Source: Polyangiaceae bacterium
GTDB taxonomy: Bacteria; Myxococcota_A; Polyangia; Polyangiales; Polyangiaceae
Length of the DNA stretch: 64,000 nucleotides
Reading direction: 5' to 3'
NCBI GenBank assembly: GCA_965222375.1
Contig: CBDCTZ010000014.1
Coordinates: 608,001 to 672,000, forward strand
Part shown: positions 1-10,218 of the stretch, in pieces
How the letters are laid out: the number at the start of each line of letters is the position of its first letter
How positions within the stretch are numbered: position 1 is the first letter of the stretch
Notes under the pieces: generated by a model
What the model saw: only the letters and a program-made list of their open reading frames with translations
What the model was told of the DNA's origin: nothing
Database searches by the model: none
Made by a program: the position numbers and the translations under genes

Positions 1-1065
1 CAGGAGTGGAACTCGCGTTTCGTCGACGTCCTGGCTCACGCAATCGCGGACGCGCTGCAAAACGATCAGGACGAGCTTGCGGCTCTGCCATTGCGCGCGA
101 CTCTGCACGAGCACGCCGCCACCGATACGCTGATGACGGCACTCAGTCTATTGGCGCATGTCTTCGTCTCGGTAGTCCGTCGCAGTGGTGCTGAACCCAA
201 AGCGCGATTGGTTAGGGCTATGTTCGACCCCGAAACGTTGACCCTAGTGCTGAAAACCATGGCTCGCCCAGTGCCGGAGAGTGACCAAGAGCGGGTAGGG
301 CGGGGCGGACCGTTTCTAACGGAATTGCTTGCGGATCTGGAGTCCGAGCATTTCGACGTGGTTCTCGAAGCGCTGGGTCGCGCAGAGGTGGCGCCCATCC
401 GAGATGCCCTCGTTTACTACCTGCATCGCCACGCCACAGGCAATGAGGACACGTTGGCCGAGATATTGCGAGATGCCGATCCGGTACGCGGGCGGTCCGT
501 GCTGGCGATTCTGGCGAAACTGAACAGTGATGAATCCCGGCAGGCACTGAAAGCGGTGGAGGACAACCCGTCGCCGGAGTTGCGGGTTGAAGCTATTGCT
601 GTGCGTGCCGCTGGGAACGCGGAAGGCCTGCGCGATGAGCTGGCCAGACTCTGCCAGGACCAAGACCCGGCCGTGCGAGCTGCTGCCCTCCGGACCATGC
701 AGCGCTTCAAGTTGAAGGAAGCTGGTCCTCCGCTGGTGCAGTACATCAATGCAAACGCGTTCCACAAAATCCCAGTGGATGAGCGCCGGCTTGCTTTCGA
801 GACCCTCTGGGCGCTGTCGCCAGCGCGGGCGGAGGAGGTTGCCATGGACATTGCTGGCAAGGTGCCGCTCATCACTCGGGAGAGTGTGGACGACACCCGC
901 GTGGTCGCCATCGACATGCTCGGGGCATTGGCGACGACTGCAGAAGCGGTGGCCGAGTTGGACAAGACCGCCACCAAGTGGTCGAACAGCCAGGCCGTCA
1001 AGACCGCAGCAAGCCGAGCTGCTGCGGCCCTGCGGCAACGACTGACGGGGGGCACTGTTGGCTGA
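1..1065 (+). CDS. HEAT-repeat (PBS lyase HEAT-like) protein, 5' end outside window
   Basis: Frame is open from base 1 (QEWNSRFVDVL...). Repeated HEAT-like motifs DPVRGRSVLAIL, DNPSPELRVEAI, DQDPAVRAAALRTM. Stop overlaps the start of the next gene. Confidence 0.8.
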   Translation, partial: QEWNSRFVDVLAHAIADALQNDQDELAALPLRATLHEHAATDTLMTALSLLAHVFVSVVRRSGAEPKARLVRAMFDPETLTLVLKTMARPVPESDQERVGRGGPFLTELLADLESEHFDVVLEALGRAEVAPIRDALVYYLHRHATGNEDTLAEILRDADPVRGRSVLAILAKLNSDESRQALKAVEDNPSPELRVEAIAVRAAGNAEGLRDELARLCQDQDPAVRAAALRTMQRFKLKEAGPPLVQYINANAFHKIPVDERRLAFETLWALSPARAEEVAMDIAGKVPLITRESVDDTRVVAIDMLGALATTAEAVAELDKTATKWSNSQAVKTAASRAAAALRQRLTGGTVG

Positions 1066-3685
1066 GGTCGATAGCGTAGAGGGCGCTGAGACGGTCCTGG
1101 GCGAGGGTATCGTCCAGGACAACGTTCATCAGCTTGCGAAGCAGACCAAAGTTCGCGAGCTGGGGACCACCATGGCGCTACAGATTTTCCGTCTGATCCG
1201 CGTTGCCCAGTTCCACGCCTTGGACAACATGGCGTTCGTCCAACAGCTCGACCAAGCGACCGAAGCGATTCGCGGATTCTCTGCCCAAACGTCCCAACCC
1301 CTCTCCTTGCTGTTCTCCAGGGGGACGGTTTTCGTGGCTGGTCAGTTGTTGAAGGCCTCCCGTGCCGAGTACGAAGTGGCTCTGGAGCTTGGCTCCATGC
1401 TCGATGGGCTTGGGCTATCTGAGATTCTGATCTCGCCCGATGTAACCCAAGACGACTTGCGCGAACTTGCTCGCATTTTCCAGCCCGGCAATAGCCCAGA
1501 GGTGGAGGACGGCGTCTTCCGACCGACGCCGCTGATTCGTATGCGGCGAGTCGACAGCTCTCTACTTCAAGAAGAAGAAGAGCTGACGCCGGAAGAACAG
1601 ATCCTTCGTACCTATGCGTCCAGCATCGTGGTGATGCGCAAGGTGTTCGACAACTTGAGCGCCGGGAACTACCGCTTGCCCCATGAAGCGAAACGACTGG
1701 CTCAGAAGTTGGTCTCGCTCTCCGAGGGCGACACGCCGGCCTTTATCGGCGTGACGGCAGTTCGCAGCCTCAACCATGACGCCGCAGGTCGCGCCGTCAA
1801 CCGAGCCATCCTAGCCGTGTGCATGGGTCGTCAGGTTACTGAGGATCTGAGTGCGTTGTCTCGCATCGCCATGGCCGCCTTGTTCATGGACGTTGCTCAC
1901 GCACTGCTTACCGGCACTGTTGGGCTTTCGGATCAAGGTGGGGTAACTCCCCGCCTGACAGACGACGAAATGGCGCGTCTGCCACCAGCGACGGCGCTGG
2001 TGCTGACTGCTCTTGGGCACTTGCGCCCGGCGTCGATGGTGCGTAGCGTTGTCGCCTACGAAGCGCATTGGCTCCGGCTCCGCGACGAGTTGGGCCAGCC
2101 CTATGCGGGCGAGCGGCGCACGACCGCGGCCTCCCGTATCGTTGCCACTGCCCAGCGCTTCAATGAGTTGATGTCGCCGGATCTGGGGGCCAGTCGCCAG
2201 CCGACGCCCGACGAAGTGATTCTGTGGATGAAGGAGGAGGCGCGAGACCCGACGGATCTCGTGATGATCCAGGTTTTGGTAGGCGCGCTCGGGCTGTTCC
2301 CGAGTGGGACTCCGGTCGAGCTCAACACCGGCCAACGTGGCGTGGTGGTGCGGACCAGCGAGAACCCCGTGGACTTCGTACGCCCGACCGTCGAGTTGGT
2401 CGTGGACCGGGACGGCAACGACATTTCTCCTGTGGAGATCGTGGACTTGCGCCTGGAAACGGAACGGCAGGTGGTTGCGGTTGTGCGCGACCCGGATCCG
2501 CGGTTGGCGCGGGCCGTTGAACTCGCGGTGGAAGGCACGCCGACAGTTCCTCCACCTGCTCGCTCATCCCGCCGTCCGGACCCGAGATCGGGGTCCTCGG
2601 GCCGGCGCAGCGCGCCACCGGCGCCAAGCCGTTCCCCGGACAGCGGTCCGCGCTCCGGGCCTCCGGGGAGTGAACCGACGTCATCATCGCGGTCCTCTCG
2701 GCGCGCACCCCCGTCCGGGTCCCCGGAGTCGCGGCGGGTAGCGGCCGTGAGATTGAGCGAAATACCAAGCGAAGAGTCTCCAACGGTCGCGGCGTTCTCA
2801 CCTCTCGAGCTGATCCGTGCTGCACAGCACGAGGTGTCCCAGCCGCCCGCCCCGCCTCCCGAGCCAGTGGTCAGCGGTCGACCGGTAGAGCCAGCGCCGC
2901 CCCTCGAACCCGTGGTGTTCACACCCGACGATGAGGAGCCTAGCGCATCCGGGACGCTCGCCAGGACACCACTATCGCACCTGCTTCTCTTCATTGGAGG
3001 ACGAGGCCTGACCGGCAGCCTCGTACTGCGACAGCCAGGGGCGAGCCAAGGCGAGGGCGTCGAGCATGCGGTGGGATTCGAGGCCGGCTCTCCTACCAAG
3101 GCATGTTTGGCCGACGGCAGCTTTCCCCTCAGCGAGGCCCTGATCGAAGCTGGGATAGTCGACGCCGATCGCCTGCACGCTGATCCCATCTCGCAACCGC
3201 CCACCGACGAGGCCTTGCTGGAAGCCGAACTCCTGGAGTTTGCCATCGCAATCGAAATGGATCTGGTACCCATACGCACCCGGCAACTTCAGCAGCGACT
3301 GGCGAGGCTCTTCAGTCTCCCGCCGGAGACGGGGTATGCCTTCTATGCAGATGTGGACTTGGCCGAGGACACTTGGGGCAGAGTAGACGCCCAAACGGCG
3401 CTGGTTCCGCTGGTTGCGCACGCACTCAGGTTGCACCCGGAACGAGACGCCATGCAGCGCCTCCTCTCGACGTTGACGAAGGGCACGCTCGTCCTGGACG
3501 AGAATGCCGACGTGGACGAAATGGGCTTTTTGCCTCAGGAACTGGCGATCGTCGACAGCATCGAACTCGGCGACGCGACTCTAGCGGAATTGGCAGCCGG
3601 CTTTCCGGACAGGGAGATGGTCAAGCGGGTGCTGTACCTGCTATTGATTACGCGTTCGATTCGTACGGGCGAACCAGACGCGTAG
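1058..3685 (+). CDS. Degenerate HD-GYP-like protein with Pro/Ser-rich linker and C-terminal DUF4388-like domain
   Basis: HD-GYP-like core (AVNRAILAVCMG, MAALFMDVA, SRIVATAQRFNEL, LGLFPSGTPVELNTG), a low-complexity linker, then SGTLARTPLSHLL...GLTGSLVL as in myxobacterial DUF4388/PATAN-like domains. Confidence 0.7.
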   Translation: MAEVDSVEGAETVLGEGIVQDNVHQLAKQTKVRELGTTMALQIFRLIRVAQFHALDNMAFVQQLDQATEAIRGFSAQTSQPLSLLFSRGTVFVAGQLLKASRAEYEVALELGSMLDGLGLSEILISPDVTQDDLRELARIFQPGNSPEVEDGVFRPTPLIRMRRVDSSLLQEEEELTPEEQILRTYASSIVVMRKVFDNLSAGNYRLPHEAKRLAQKLVSLSEGDTPAFIGVTAVRSLNHDAAGRAVNRAILAVCMGRQVTEDLSALSRIAMAALFMDVAHALLTGTVGLSDQGGVTPRLTDDEMARLPPATALVLTALGHLRPASMVRSVVAYEAHWLRLRDELGQPYAGERRTTAASRIVATAQRFNELMSPDLGASRQPTPDEVILWMKEEARDPTDLVMIQVLVGALGLFPSGTPVELNTGQRGVVVRTSENPVDFVRPTVELVVDRDGNDISPVEIVDLRLETERQVVAVVRDPDPRLARAVELAVEGTPTVPPPARSSRRPDPRSGSSGRRSAPPAPSRSPDSGPRSGPPGSEPTSSSRSSRRAPPSGSPESRRVAAVRLSEIPSEESPTVAAFSPLELIRAAQHEVSQPPAPPPEPVVSGRPVEPAPPLEPVVFTPDDEEPSASGTLARTPLSHLLLFIGGRGLTGSLVLRQPGASQGEGVEHAVGFEAGSPTKACLADGSFPLSEALIEAGIVDADRLHADPISQPPTDEALLEAELLEFAIAIEMDLVPIRTRQLQQRLARLFSLPPETGYAFYADVDLAEDTWGRVDAQTALVPLVAHALRLHPERDAMQRLLSTLTKGTLVLDENADVDEMGFLPQELAIVDSIELGDATLAELAAGFPDREMVKRVLYLLLITRSIRTGEPDA

Positions 3686-3699
3686 AAGCGAGACGAAGA

Positions 3700-4224
3700 A
3701 TGAGCGATCAGTTCTGTGTTTGCAGCACGTGTCGAAAACCGATCGCGTTCGGACAAGACTACTTCCGGTGCAGTGTCTCGACCTGCAATCGCGCCAAGAC
3801 AGCGCTCTTCTTTTGCTCCGTGCCTTGCTGGGACGCTCATGTGCCGACCATGCGGCACCGAGACGCGTGGGCAGAAAGCGCCACCGCGCCCACTCGAGAA
3901 GCGTTGCTCCAACAGCAGGCGGAGCAAAAGCAAAAGGAAGAAGAGTCAGCAATGCGCAGGGAGCAAGCGACCGAGCGGCGACGCAAGGTCGTTACGGGTG
4001 TCAGTGACGACGTTCCCAGGGACGTCTTGGTCGTGGTCTCCAAGCTCAAGGCCTACGTGCGAGCTCGGTCCGGAATGAACACCTCGGACAGCGTGACTCG
4101 GCCTCTGTCGGACCACCTGCGCAAGCTGTGTGACGCAGCGTGTCAGCACGCTGCCGCCGACGGCCGCAAGACGGTACTCGATCGAGATTTCGATGCCATT
4201 GTCGGCGCCCTTCGCGGTGACTGA
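3700..4224 (+). CDS. Bacterial histone with N-terminal ZZ-like zinc finger (Bd0055-type histone fold at C-terminus)
   Basis: 174 aa from ATG 3700. N-terminal CxxC, Cx4C and Cx3Cx3H motifs. C-terminal VLVVVSKLKAYVRARSGMNTS...LSDHLRKLCDAACQHAAADGRKTVLDRDF contains the histone-fold RKTV..RD signature. Confidence 0.88.
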   Translation: MSDQFCVCSTCRKPIAFGQDYFRCSVSTCNRAKTALFFCSVPCWDAHVPTMRHRDAWAESATAPTREALLQQQAEQKQKEEESAMRREQATERRRKVVTGVSDDVPRDVLVVVSKLKAYVRARSGMNTSDSVTRPLSDHLRKLCDAACQHAAADGRKTVLDRDFDAIVGALRGD

Positions 4225-4380
4225 GCGTTCGGGCAGCCCCTTGGCCTTGCCGGGTGCCGAAGGTCGGGATCACAAGCGACTGAAATAAAAAGGGAAATGT
4301 TCACGGCGCCAAAGGTCGCTTGAAGTCGCACCTACATTGTACCACATGCGCGCACCTCTCTCGACACGGTGGGCGTGACT

Positions 4381-5731
4381 ATGAAGACAATCGTTTCTGT
4401 TCTGGTGTCGGCTGGTGCGTTTGCTCGGCGTAGCTCGGGTGGGCCGGCGGCGGGCCCGGTGGGTCGACGGGTACAGGTGGCTCGGGCGGCAGCACGACGC
4501 CACCACCTGGCGCGATCGGCGCCACGTGCAACCAGAACACCGATTGCGGCACCAGCCCGGGCGCCGAGTGCCTACAGGACGCGAGCGGTTGGCCCAACGG
4601 CTATTGCACGATTCGCGGCTGCTCTGATGGAGCCTGCCCGACGGGTAGCGATTGCTTCGAAACCACGAGCAGCAGCACCCTGTGTCTCAAGACTTGCGCG
4701 CAAAAGAGCGATTGCCCCAGCGGTTATGCGTGCCACGCAGCGGGCGCCTGCGTACCCGCGTGTCAAGGGCCCGCGGACTGCGACCCGGGCGAAGTATGCA
4801 GCCCAACCACAGGCAAGTGCGAAGCGGCACCCTGCACCCCCGGTTCCTGCACCAACGGCTTGAAGTGCGACACGGTTAGCGGCAAGTGCATTCCGGACCT
4901 GCAGAAGGGTCCTCCACCCGGTCCCGGACCCACTTGCACTCTGCCCCAGCGGGACTGCAACGCCAGCGACTGCGGCGCCCTGTCGGCGTTCATGCCGAAG
5001 ATGGGCCGGGCTACACCGACTACCCCCTCAACGGCGAGACCGCAGCCAACCAGTACCGAAGCTATGCCCGCAAGGACATGCAGATGCTGGTCAAGTGGGC
5101 CACGGCCTACGTGGAGTGCAAGTCCAAGACCTGGGCCAATGGCAACGGCCAGCCCCTGGGTCTGGGTGACATGTCCGAGGCCAACGGCGCCATTCCTGGG
5201 ATGTTCAAGAACCCCCCGGATCCGGGGCACCCACCGGGTACGCACACCAACGGCTTCGATATGGACATCGCGTACTACCAAGTCGGCACGCCCAACAATT
5301 ACCGACGCTCTGTCTGTGAGCACACCAGCGGCCGAGCTGACCAGTACCACTGTACCAAGCCGCCCCACCTGCTCGACCTGTGGCGAACGACCCTTTTCCT
5401 CGGCGCCCTGCTGACCAGCAACACCATTCGAGTGATTGGCGTAGATGGCCAGATCGGTCCCCTGGTGGAAGCCGCGATGCCGTCGCTCTGCGCCACGGGG
5501 TGGCTCCCCCCAGCGTCTTGTAACAAGGTGGGTACCTGGCCTACGAAACCACGGACACGGGTGCGGGTTGGTATCGCCTCCACCACCACCACTTGCGTCG
5601 AGAGCCTGGGCCCTTTCCTGCAGTTCGTGGGAGTTCCACGGCATGCGCAGGTCGATGGCCACAACCATAGCCACGGCTGTTCCCACGGGACCCTTCGACG
5701 CATGCCGCAGCGCCTGCCAGCTGTGGACTGA
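4381..5731 (+). pseudogene. Cys-rich secreted protein with MepA-like (LAS) murein endopeptidase domain; multiple frameshifts
   Basis: Cys-rich repeats are spread across frames. GDMSEANG...GHPPGTHTNGFDMDIAYY matches the MepA H-x6-D motif, and WYRLHHHH (HxH) follows in another frame. Confidence 0.6.
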
Positions 5732-5824
5732 GCAAAAAACGCCAAAAAAGGCCGCCCAGCGCTCCTTCCGAGCCTCGGCGGCCGGCGTTTGTGGGGGCAC
5801 TTCCGTGATAAAAGTGCCACTCCG

Positions 5825-7411
5825 ATGAGCGACGAGCGCCCAAGCTTCCGCCGGCAGTGGCTGGTGCCAGTCGTCCTGCTGACGTCCACCGCTCTGGCGG
5901 TGTTCTGGGCGTTCTACGCTTTCGACTACTTCCGCGCCGGTGGTGTCGGCTTCAATCCGCTGAAGCGCTATCTGAGCTTCGACCCGGGGAGCATCACCGA
6001 CGCAGTCAGCTCCCTGGCGGGAATGATCGCGGCTGTCTTCGGCATCGTCATCACCGTCGTCAGCATCATCGTGCAGCTGTCTGCGGAACGCTACACCGGC
6101 GTCGCCGCCATGTTCTTGAGGGACCGCATCAATCTCTCGGTCATGGCGTTCTACGTCGTGGCGTGCGTATGCGGCGTTTGGCTGAGCGTCTCTCTGCAAT
6201 CAGACTACGTGCCACGCACCGCACTGCTGATGATGATGCTTGCCACCACCGCAGGGCTCGTGCTGATGGCGCCCTATTTTGGCTACGTGTTCTGGTTTCT
6301 CGAGCCCAACAACATCATATCGCGCATCCGCCAAGACGCCGTGCGGGTGGCGTCTGAGGGCGCGGAGGTCAACGAACCTCCAGTCTGCGCCAAAGCCCAA
6401 GCGGACACCCTCTCTTCCATGGAAGAGCTGACGGACATCACCAGCAACTCCATATCTGGCAAAGACAAGATCATCGCCAGCGGCGCGGTAGACGCTCTGA
6501 AAGATTTCGCGGTGGCCTACATCCCCGTCAAGCCAAACGCCTCTGACGTGTGGTTCCAGATTGGGCCGGGCATTCGCCAAAACCCCGACTTCGTCGCGAT
6601 GGACCCCGAGAGCCTTCATGACCTGGAGCAGCGCCGCACCTGGGTCGAGTGGAAGGTCATGCGCCAATACTTGGGCATCTACAACGAGGCGCTGGGTAGC
6701 ATGCGGGATATCTGCTACCTCGTCGCCATCGACACCCGCTATGTGGGAGAGGCAGCGGGAGAGGCGAAAGACGAGGAGCTGATGCGCCTGGTCCTGCGCT
6801 TCATGAACTCCTACATGCGTGCCACCCTCAACGCCAAGGACGTCCGCACCGCGTACAACGTGCTCAATCAGTATCGGCTGCTGGTTGAAGCGTTCTTGAG
6901 GCAGAAGAACGCCTCGATGGCGTTGGAGGCCGTGGAGCACATGCTCTACTACGGGCACGTCAGTTTCGACATGAAGCTGACCTTCGTCACGGAGACCGTC
7001 GCCTACGACGTATCGGCGCTCTGCCAATACAGCCACGAGTTGGGCTTGGACGAAGAGCGGGAGATGCTCGAGAAGTTCCTGGAGTTGGACCGCCCACTTT
7101 CTGTGCGTAGCCAAGAGAAGGCACTGTTGGGGGTTCGAAAAGCGCAAGTCAAGCTTGCTGCCTACTACCTCACCCAGAAAGAAGAGAAGAAGGCGCGGCT
7201 GATTTCCGAGGACATGGCGTCGGAACCCAATGCGCGGCTGGTAGCCATCCGCGATCAGTTGGAGCGGGTTACCAGCAAGGACTTCTGGGAGATCATCGAT
7301 CGAGGACGCAACTTCGAGTACATGCCGCCTCGCCAGCGCAAGGAGATGACCACCTTCTTTTCTTGGCTGGAACTTCCGGATCCCGAATCCGGACCGCAAG
7401 GCGAGGGTTAG
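5825..7411 (+). CDS. DUF2254-family membrane protein
   Basis: Four or more N-terminal TM helices with ITVVSIIVQLSAERYT, followed by a long helical soluble domain. Confidence 0.75.
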   Translation: MSDERPSFRRQWLVPVVLLTSTALAVFWAFYAFDYFRAGGVGFNPLKRYLSFDPGSITDAVSSLAGMIAAVFGIVITVVSIIVQLSAERYTGVAAMFLRDRINLSVMAFYVVACVCGVWLSVSLQSDYVPRTALLMMMLATTAGLVLMAPYFGYVFWFLEPNNIISRIRQDAVRVASEGAEVNEPPVCAKAQADTLSSMEELTDITSNSISGKDKIIASGAVDALKDFAVAYIPVKPNASDVWFQIGPGIRQNPDFVAMDPESLHDLEQRRTWVEWKVMRQYLGIYNEALGSMRDICYLVAIDTRYVGEAAGEAKDEELMRLVLRFMNSYMRATLNAKDVRTAYNVLNQYRLLVEAFLRQKNASMALEAVEHMLYYGHVSFDMKLTFVTETVAYDVSALCQYSHELGLDEEREMLEKFLELDRPLSVRSQEKALLGVRKAQVKLAAYYLTQKEEKKARLISEDMASEPNARLVAIRDQLERVTSKDFWEIIDRGRNFEYMPPRQRKEMTTFFSWLELPDPESGPQGEG

Positions 7412-8064
7412 AGCCCCAATATTCCCAAGTCGAACTCGACCAAATCCGAGATCACCAGGTCTGCCTCCGTGTAGCGCTCACTGTTCATGTGCGGATCCGG
7501 CATGGCAATCACATGCATGCCCGCGGCCTTCGCTGCAGCAACCCCAGCCAAGGAATCTTCGAATACGAGGCATCCGTTGGGCTCTGCACCGAGCTCCGAA
7601 GCGGCCACTAGAAAGATATCGGGTGCCGGCTTGAGGGCTCCCACCCGCGCATCATCTCCGCACACGATGGCATCAAACGCGGAAAACCAAGCATGCCGCG
7701 ACGTCTTGAGGTTGAATTGAGCTTTGCTGCTACTGGTCGCCAGGGCCAGCGGCTTGCCCCGCTGCGCCAAACTCTCGACCAGCTTGCGCGCTCCCGGCAT
7801 TTCCGGCGCGGTTTCGAACAGCGCCTCCAGCAACGGTTTGCGTCGAGCGAGATACTCTTCCGCAGTGAAGGGCAGGTCTAGCTTGGCCTTCAGGTAGCGC
7901 GCGCCCTCAATCGCGCTGCGACCGATCATGTCGCCTTTGATGCTCCAGTCGAAGGTATGGCCGTACTTTCCCACTACCGCCTGAGTGGCTTCTGTGTACA
8001 GGGGTTCCGTGTCCAGCAGCACGCCGTCTAGGTCGAATATGACGTGGCTGAACGCCCCCAGCAT
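7408..8064 (-). CDS. HAD-family phosphatase (pseudouridine-5'-phosphatase/beta-PGM-like)
   Basis: Motifs FDLDGVLLDTE, ATSS, KPAPDIF, FEDSLAG. ATG overlaps the upstream TGA (ATGA). Confidence 0.92.
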   Translation of the reverse strand: MLGAFSHVIFDLDGVLLDTEPLYTEATQAVVGKYGHTFDWSIKGDMIGRSAIEGARYLKAKLDLPFTAEEYLARRKPLLEALFETAPEMPGARKLVESLAQRGKPLALATSSSKAQFNLKTSRHAWFSAFDAIVCGDDARVGALKPAPDIFLVAASELGAEPNGCLVFEDSLAGVAAAKAAGMHVIAMPDPHMNSERYTEADLVISDLVEFDLGILGL

Positions 8065-9236
8065 CAGAAGAAGTCCGGCATTGCAGGCGCCGGGCTTGCA
8101 AAGAGCCCTGAGGCGCGCTCCAGGCAATTCGTGTCGCCTCGCAGCTGGCCGGTCCGCTGTAGATGCTGCGGGGACATGAAGCCTGTGTACAAAGCAGCGA
8201 GTGCTCCAATATCCAAGCTCAAGCTCCCGTTGCCGCCACGCTCGACCTGCCCCCGACCCTGGCTCACGCTCAGCCGATAACGACCGGATTGTTCCGGAAT
8301 AGTGGCATCTTGAACGTCCAGATCGAGCTCGGCAGTCAGATGGCTCGGGTAGCCTCGCTCCGTCAATGCGGCCGCAACGTGGCAGATCCGGGTCATCCAA
8401 TGCTCTGTCAACTTCACGTTGTAGGTGCGTTCTGGCATCTGCCACAACACGGGGTCCATGGCAGAGCCATACCATCGCACATGGGTTGCCATGCTCGCGT
8501 GGCGCGCCACGAAACCAAGTAGCGCGTTGGCAGCTTCCGGGGTGGCGCAGCGCAAATCCGTCAACCTCAAGTCGTAGTGGTCGGTGGGGAGTCGCCGCTG
8601 GGTGATGAACACGTAGCCTGCGGGCGCGCCATCGAGCAACAGCAGCGTGCCACGCGCGGGGTTCTTTCGGGGTGCTCGAACCCGCTGCCAGATGTATTCG
8701 CCGCGATCGAGAAAGCCATGGCTCTCCTGCGCCAGCTTCGAGTACAGCTCGCTCACGGCGGCTTGGTCCGCGGACTCAAAGCTACGAAAAGTTCCGCCAC
8801 GGTCGCTGACTCCGATACGAGCCGCCTCTACTTCGACATCGTACAGGCTTCCCGCGAGCTCCCAGCCTGCCTTGCGATACAGGGCCAGAGTGGCCGGGTA
8901 TAGCGTCGAGAGCGCCACGCCGCGTTCATGAAGCTCGCGCGCCGTGTGCTGCATCAGAGACAGGGCGGCACCCGCTCCCCGTGCCTCCGGCGCAACCGCA
9001 ACCCCCGCAATGCCCACCATGCTGACGCGCCGCCCGCCGAAGTACTGCCCCATGGGTAGTGTCAACAAGCCACCAGCGATGTCGCTGCCGCGAGTGATTC
9101 CGCGGACGTTGGAGTGTCCTCCCTGTTCCAGCCAACGTGGCGCGTCCTCGGCCGGGAAACCGAACGCCCACGCGAGGATCTGGCACAGCTCATCCGTCTG
9201 GCCCGGGCCGAGCTGCTTCAGATAGGTCAGGGTCAT
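8064..9236 (-). CDS. Eis-like GNAT acetyltransferase with SCP2-like C-terminus
   Basis: GIAGVAVAPEARGAG, STLYPATLALYRKAGWE, and C-terminal LAALYTG...PDFF. Confidence 0.9.
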   Translation of the reverse strand: MTLTYLKQLGPGQTDELCQILAWAFGFPAEDAPRWLEQGGHSNVRGITRGSDIAGGLLTLPMGQYFGGRRVSMVGIAGVAVAPEARGAGAALSLMQHTARELHERGVALSTLYPATLALYRKAGWELAGSLYDVEVEAARIGVSDRGGTFRSFESADQAAVSELYSKLAQESHGFLDRGEYIWQRVRAPRKNPARGTLLLLDGAPAGYVFITQRRLPTDHYDLRLTDLRCATPEAANALLGFVARHASMATHVRWYGSAMDPVLWQMPERTYNVKLTEHWMTRICHVAAALTERGYPSHLTAELDLDVQDATIPEQSGRYRLSVSQGRGQVERGGNGSLSLDIGALAALYTGFMSPQHLQRTGQLRGDTNCLERASGLFASPAPAMPDFF

Positions 9237-10177
9237 CGCTGGCGCGAAGGATGGCCGCCAAAGGCATGAAAGTAAATGGGGCGACCTGCCCCTTCACTGA
9301 TGGTGAAAAAGCCGCTTCCGTCGACAGCAAACGCGATCGCCTCTCCCTGGGGTTCGGACACCAGGTAGGGCTGACAAGGATCGGCTTGCATGGCGTCTGC
9401 AACCGACTGCCCAGCAGCGCGGGTCCACAGATAAGCCTGAGTATAGGTTCGCACCAGGATCCGACTTCCGTCCACCGAGATGTCGCCGCCGGTGGTGCGT
9501 TCGCTGCCTCGGCGATTCCAGGAGGGCGTGGCGATGGTGGCCACTTTCTCCAAGATGTTATCGTCAGCCAAAGGAACGGGCGAACGGTAGACTTCGCTCA
9601 TGCCGGTGGTCGTCTTCGTCACGAAGTACAGAGCCGAGTCCCGGTCGTCGAACAATAGGGTTTCGACGTCTCTTGGCGTTTCGTCGGCGTAGCGAACCAG
9701 CACGGCTCGCGCTCCGTCCAGGACTAGCTCCGAGGCATCGCCGCCTTGCGACGGATCCGGTTCAGGAACGACGTAGATGGTAGTTCTAGCGCGCTTGGAC
9801 AAGTTCGTGCCGGTGTCGGCGATGAAGAGGACGTCGGGACCACCGGGATGCTCGCGGCCCAAGGCAATGTCTTCCCAGTCTACGCAACGCGCGGACTTCA
9901 ACCGGTAGCGACGCACTAGCTTCCCGGATGCATGAATGGCAAACAACAACTCGGCATGTCCAGAGTCGTTGTGTGCCCACAGCACACCCTTGTGTTTGCG
10001 GCTTGGAACGATGCCGGAGATCTCGGACAGGGCAGGAGAGCGGAGGTTTCCTGTCGTGCTCAGGGACGTGACCGGCATGCAGCTCCCCCGGGCTGACGGA
10101 GCCGAGGCCGAGGGTGGCTGGCAGCTCGAAAGCAGTGCCACCACTCCAACGCCAAGGGCATACGCCTGATGCCGCAT
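9233..10177 (-). CDS. Secreted lipoprotein, phytase-like/SdiA-regulated beta-propeller
   Basis: Lipobox LLSSC. Motifs SEISGI..S..GVLWAHNDSG, DWEDIA, LFIADTG, PQGEAIAF. Confidence 0.75.
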   Translation of the reverse strand: MRHQAYALGVGVVALLSSCQPPSASAPSARGSCMPVTSLSTTGNLRSPALSEISGIVPSRKHKGVLWAHNDSGHAELLFAIHASGKLVRRYRLKSARCVDWEDIALGREHPGGPDVLFIADTGTNLSKRARTTIYVVPEPDPSQGGDASELVLDGARAVLVRYADETPRDVETLLFDDRDSALYFVTKTTTGMSEVYRSPVPLADDNILEKVATIATPSWNRRGSERTTGGDISVDGSRILVRTYTQAYLWTRAAGQSVADAMQADPCQPYLVSEPQGEAIAFAVDGSGFFTISEGAGRPIYFHAFGGHPSRQR

Positions 10178-10218
10178 GCCCTCAGCATGCCCCACCCGCT
10201 GGGGCTTTGCAGATACTT

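Noticed and set aside
3373..3699. N-terminal 109 aa of ORF 3373..4224
   Set aside because: It is a shadow frame overlapping the upstream gene; the real start is ATG 3700.
2101..6199. Long antisense ORFs (e.g. 2101..3279, 4763..6199) and similar ones across the window
   Set aside because: They are high-GC shadow ORFs opposite well-supported genes and have no recognisable motifs.
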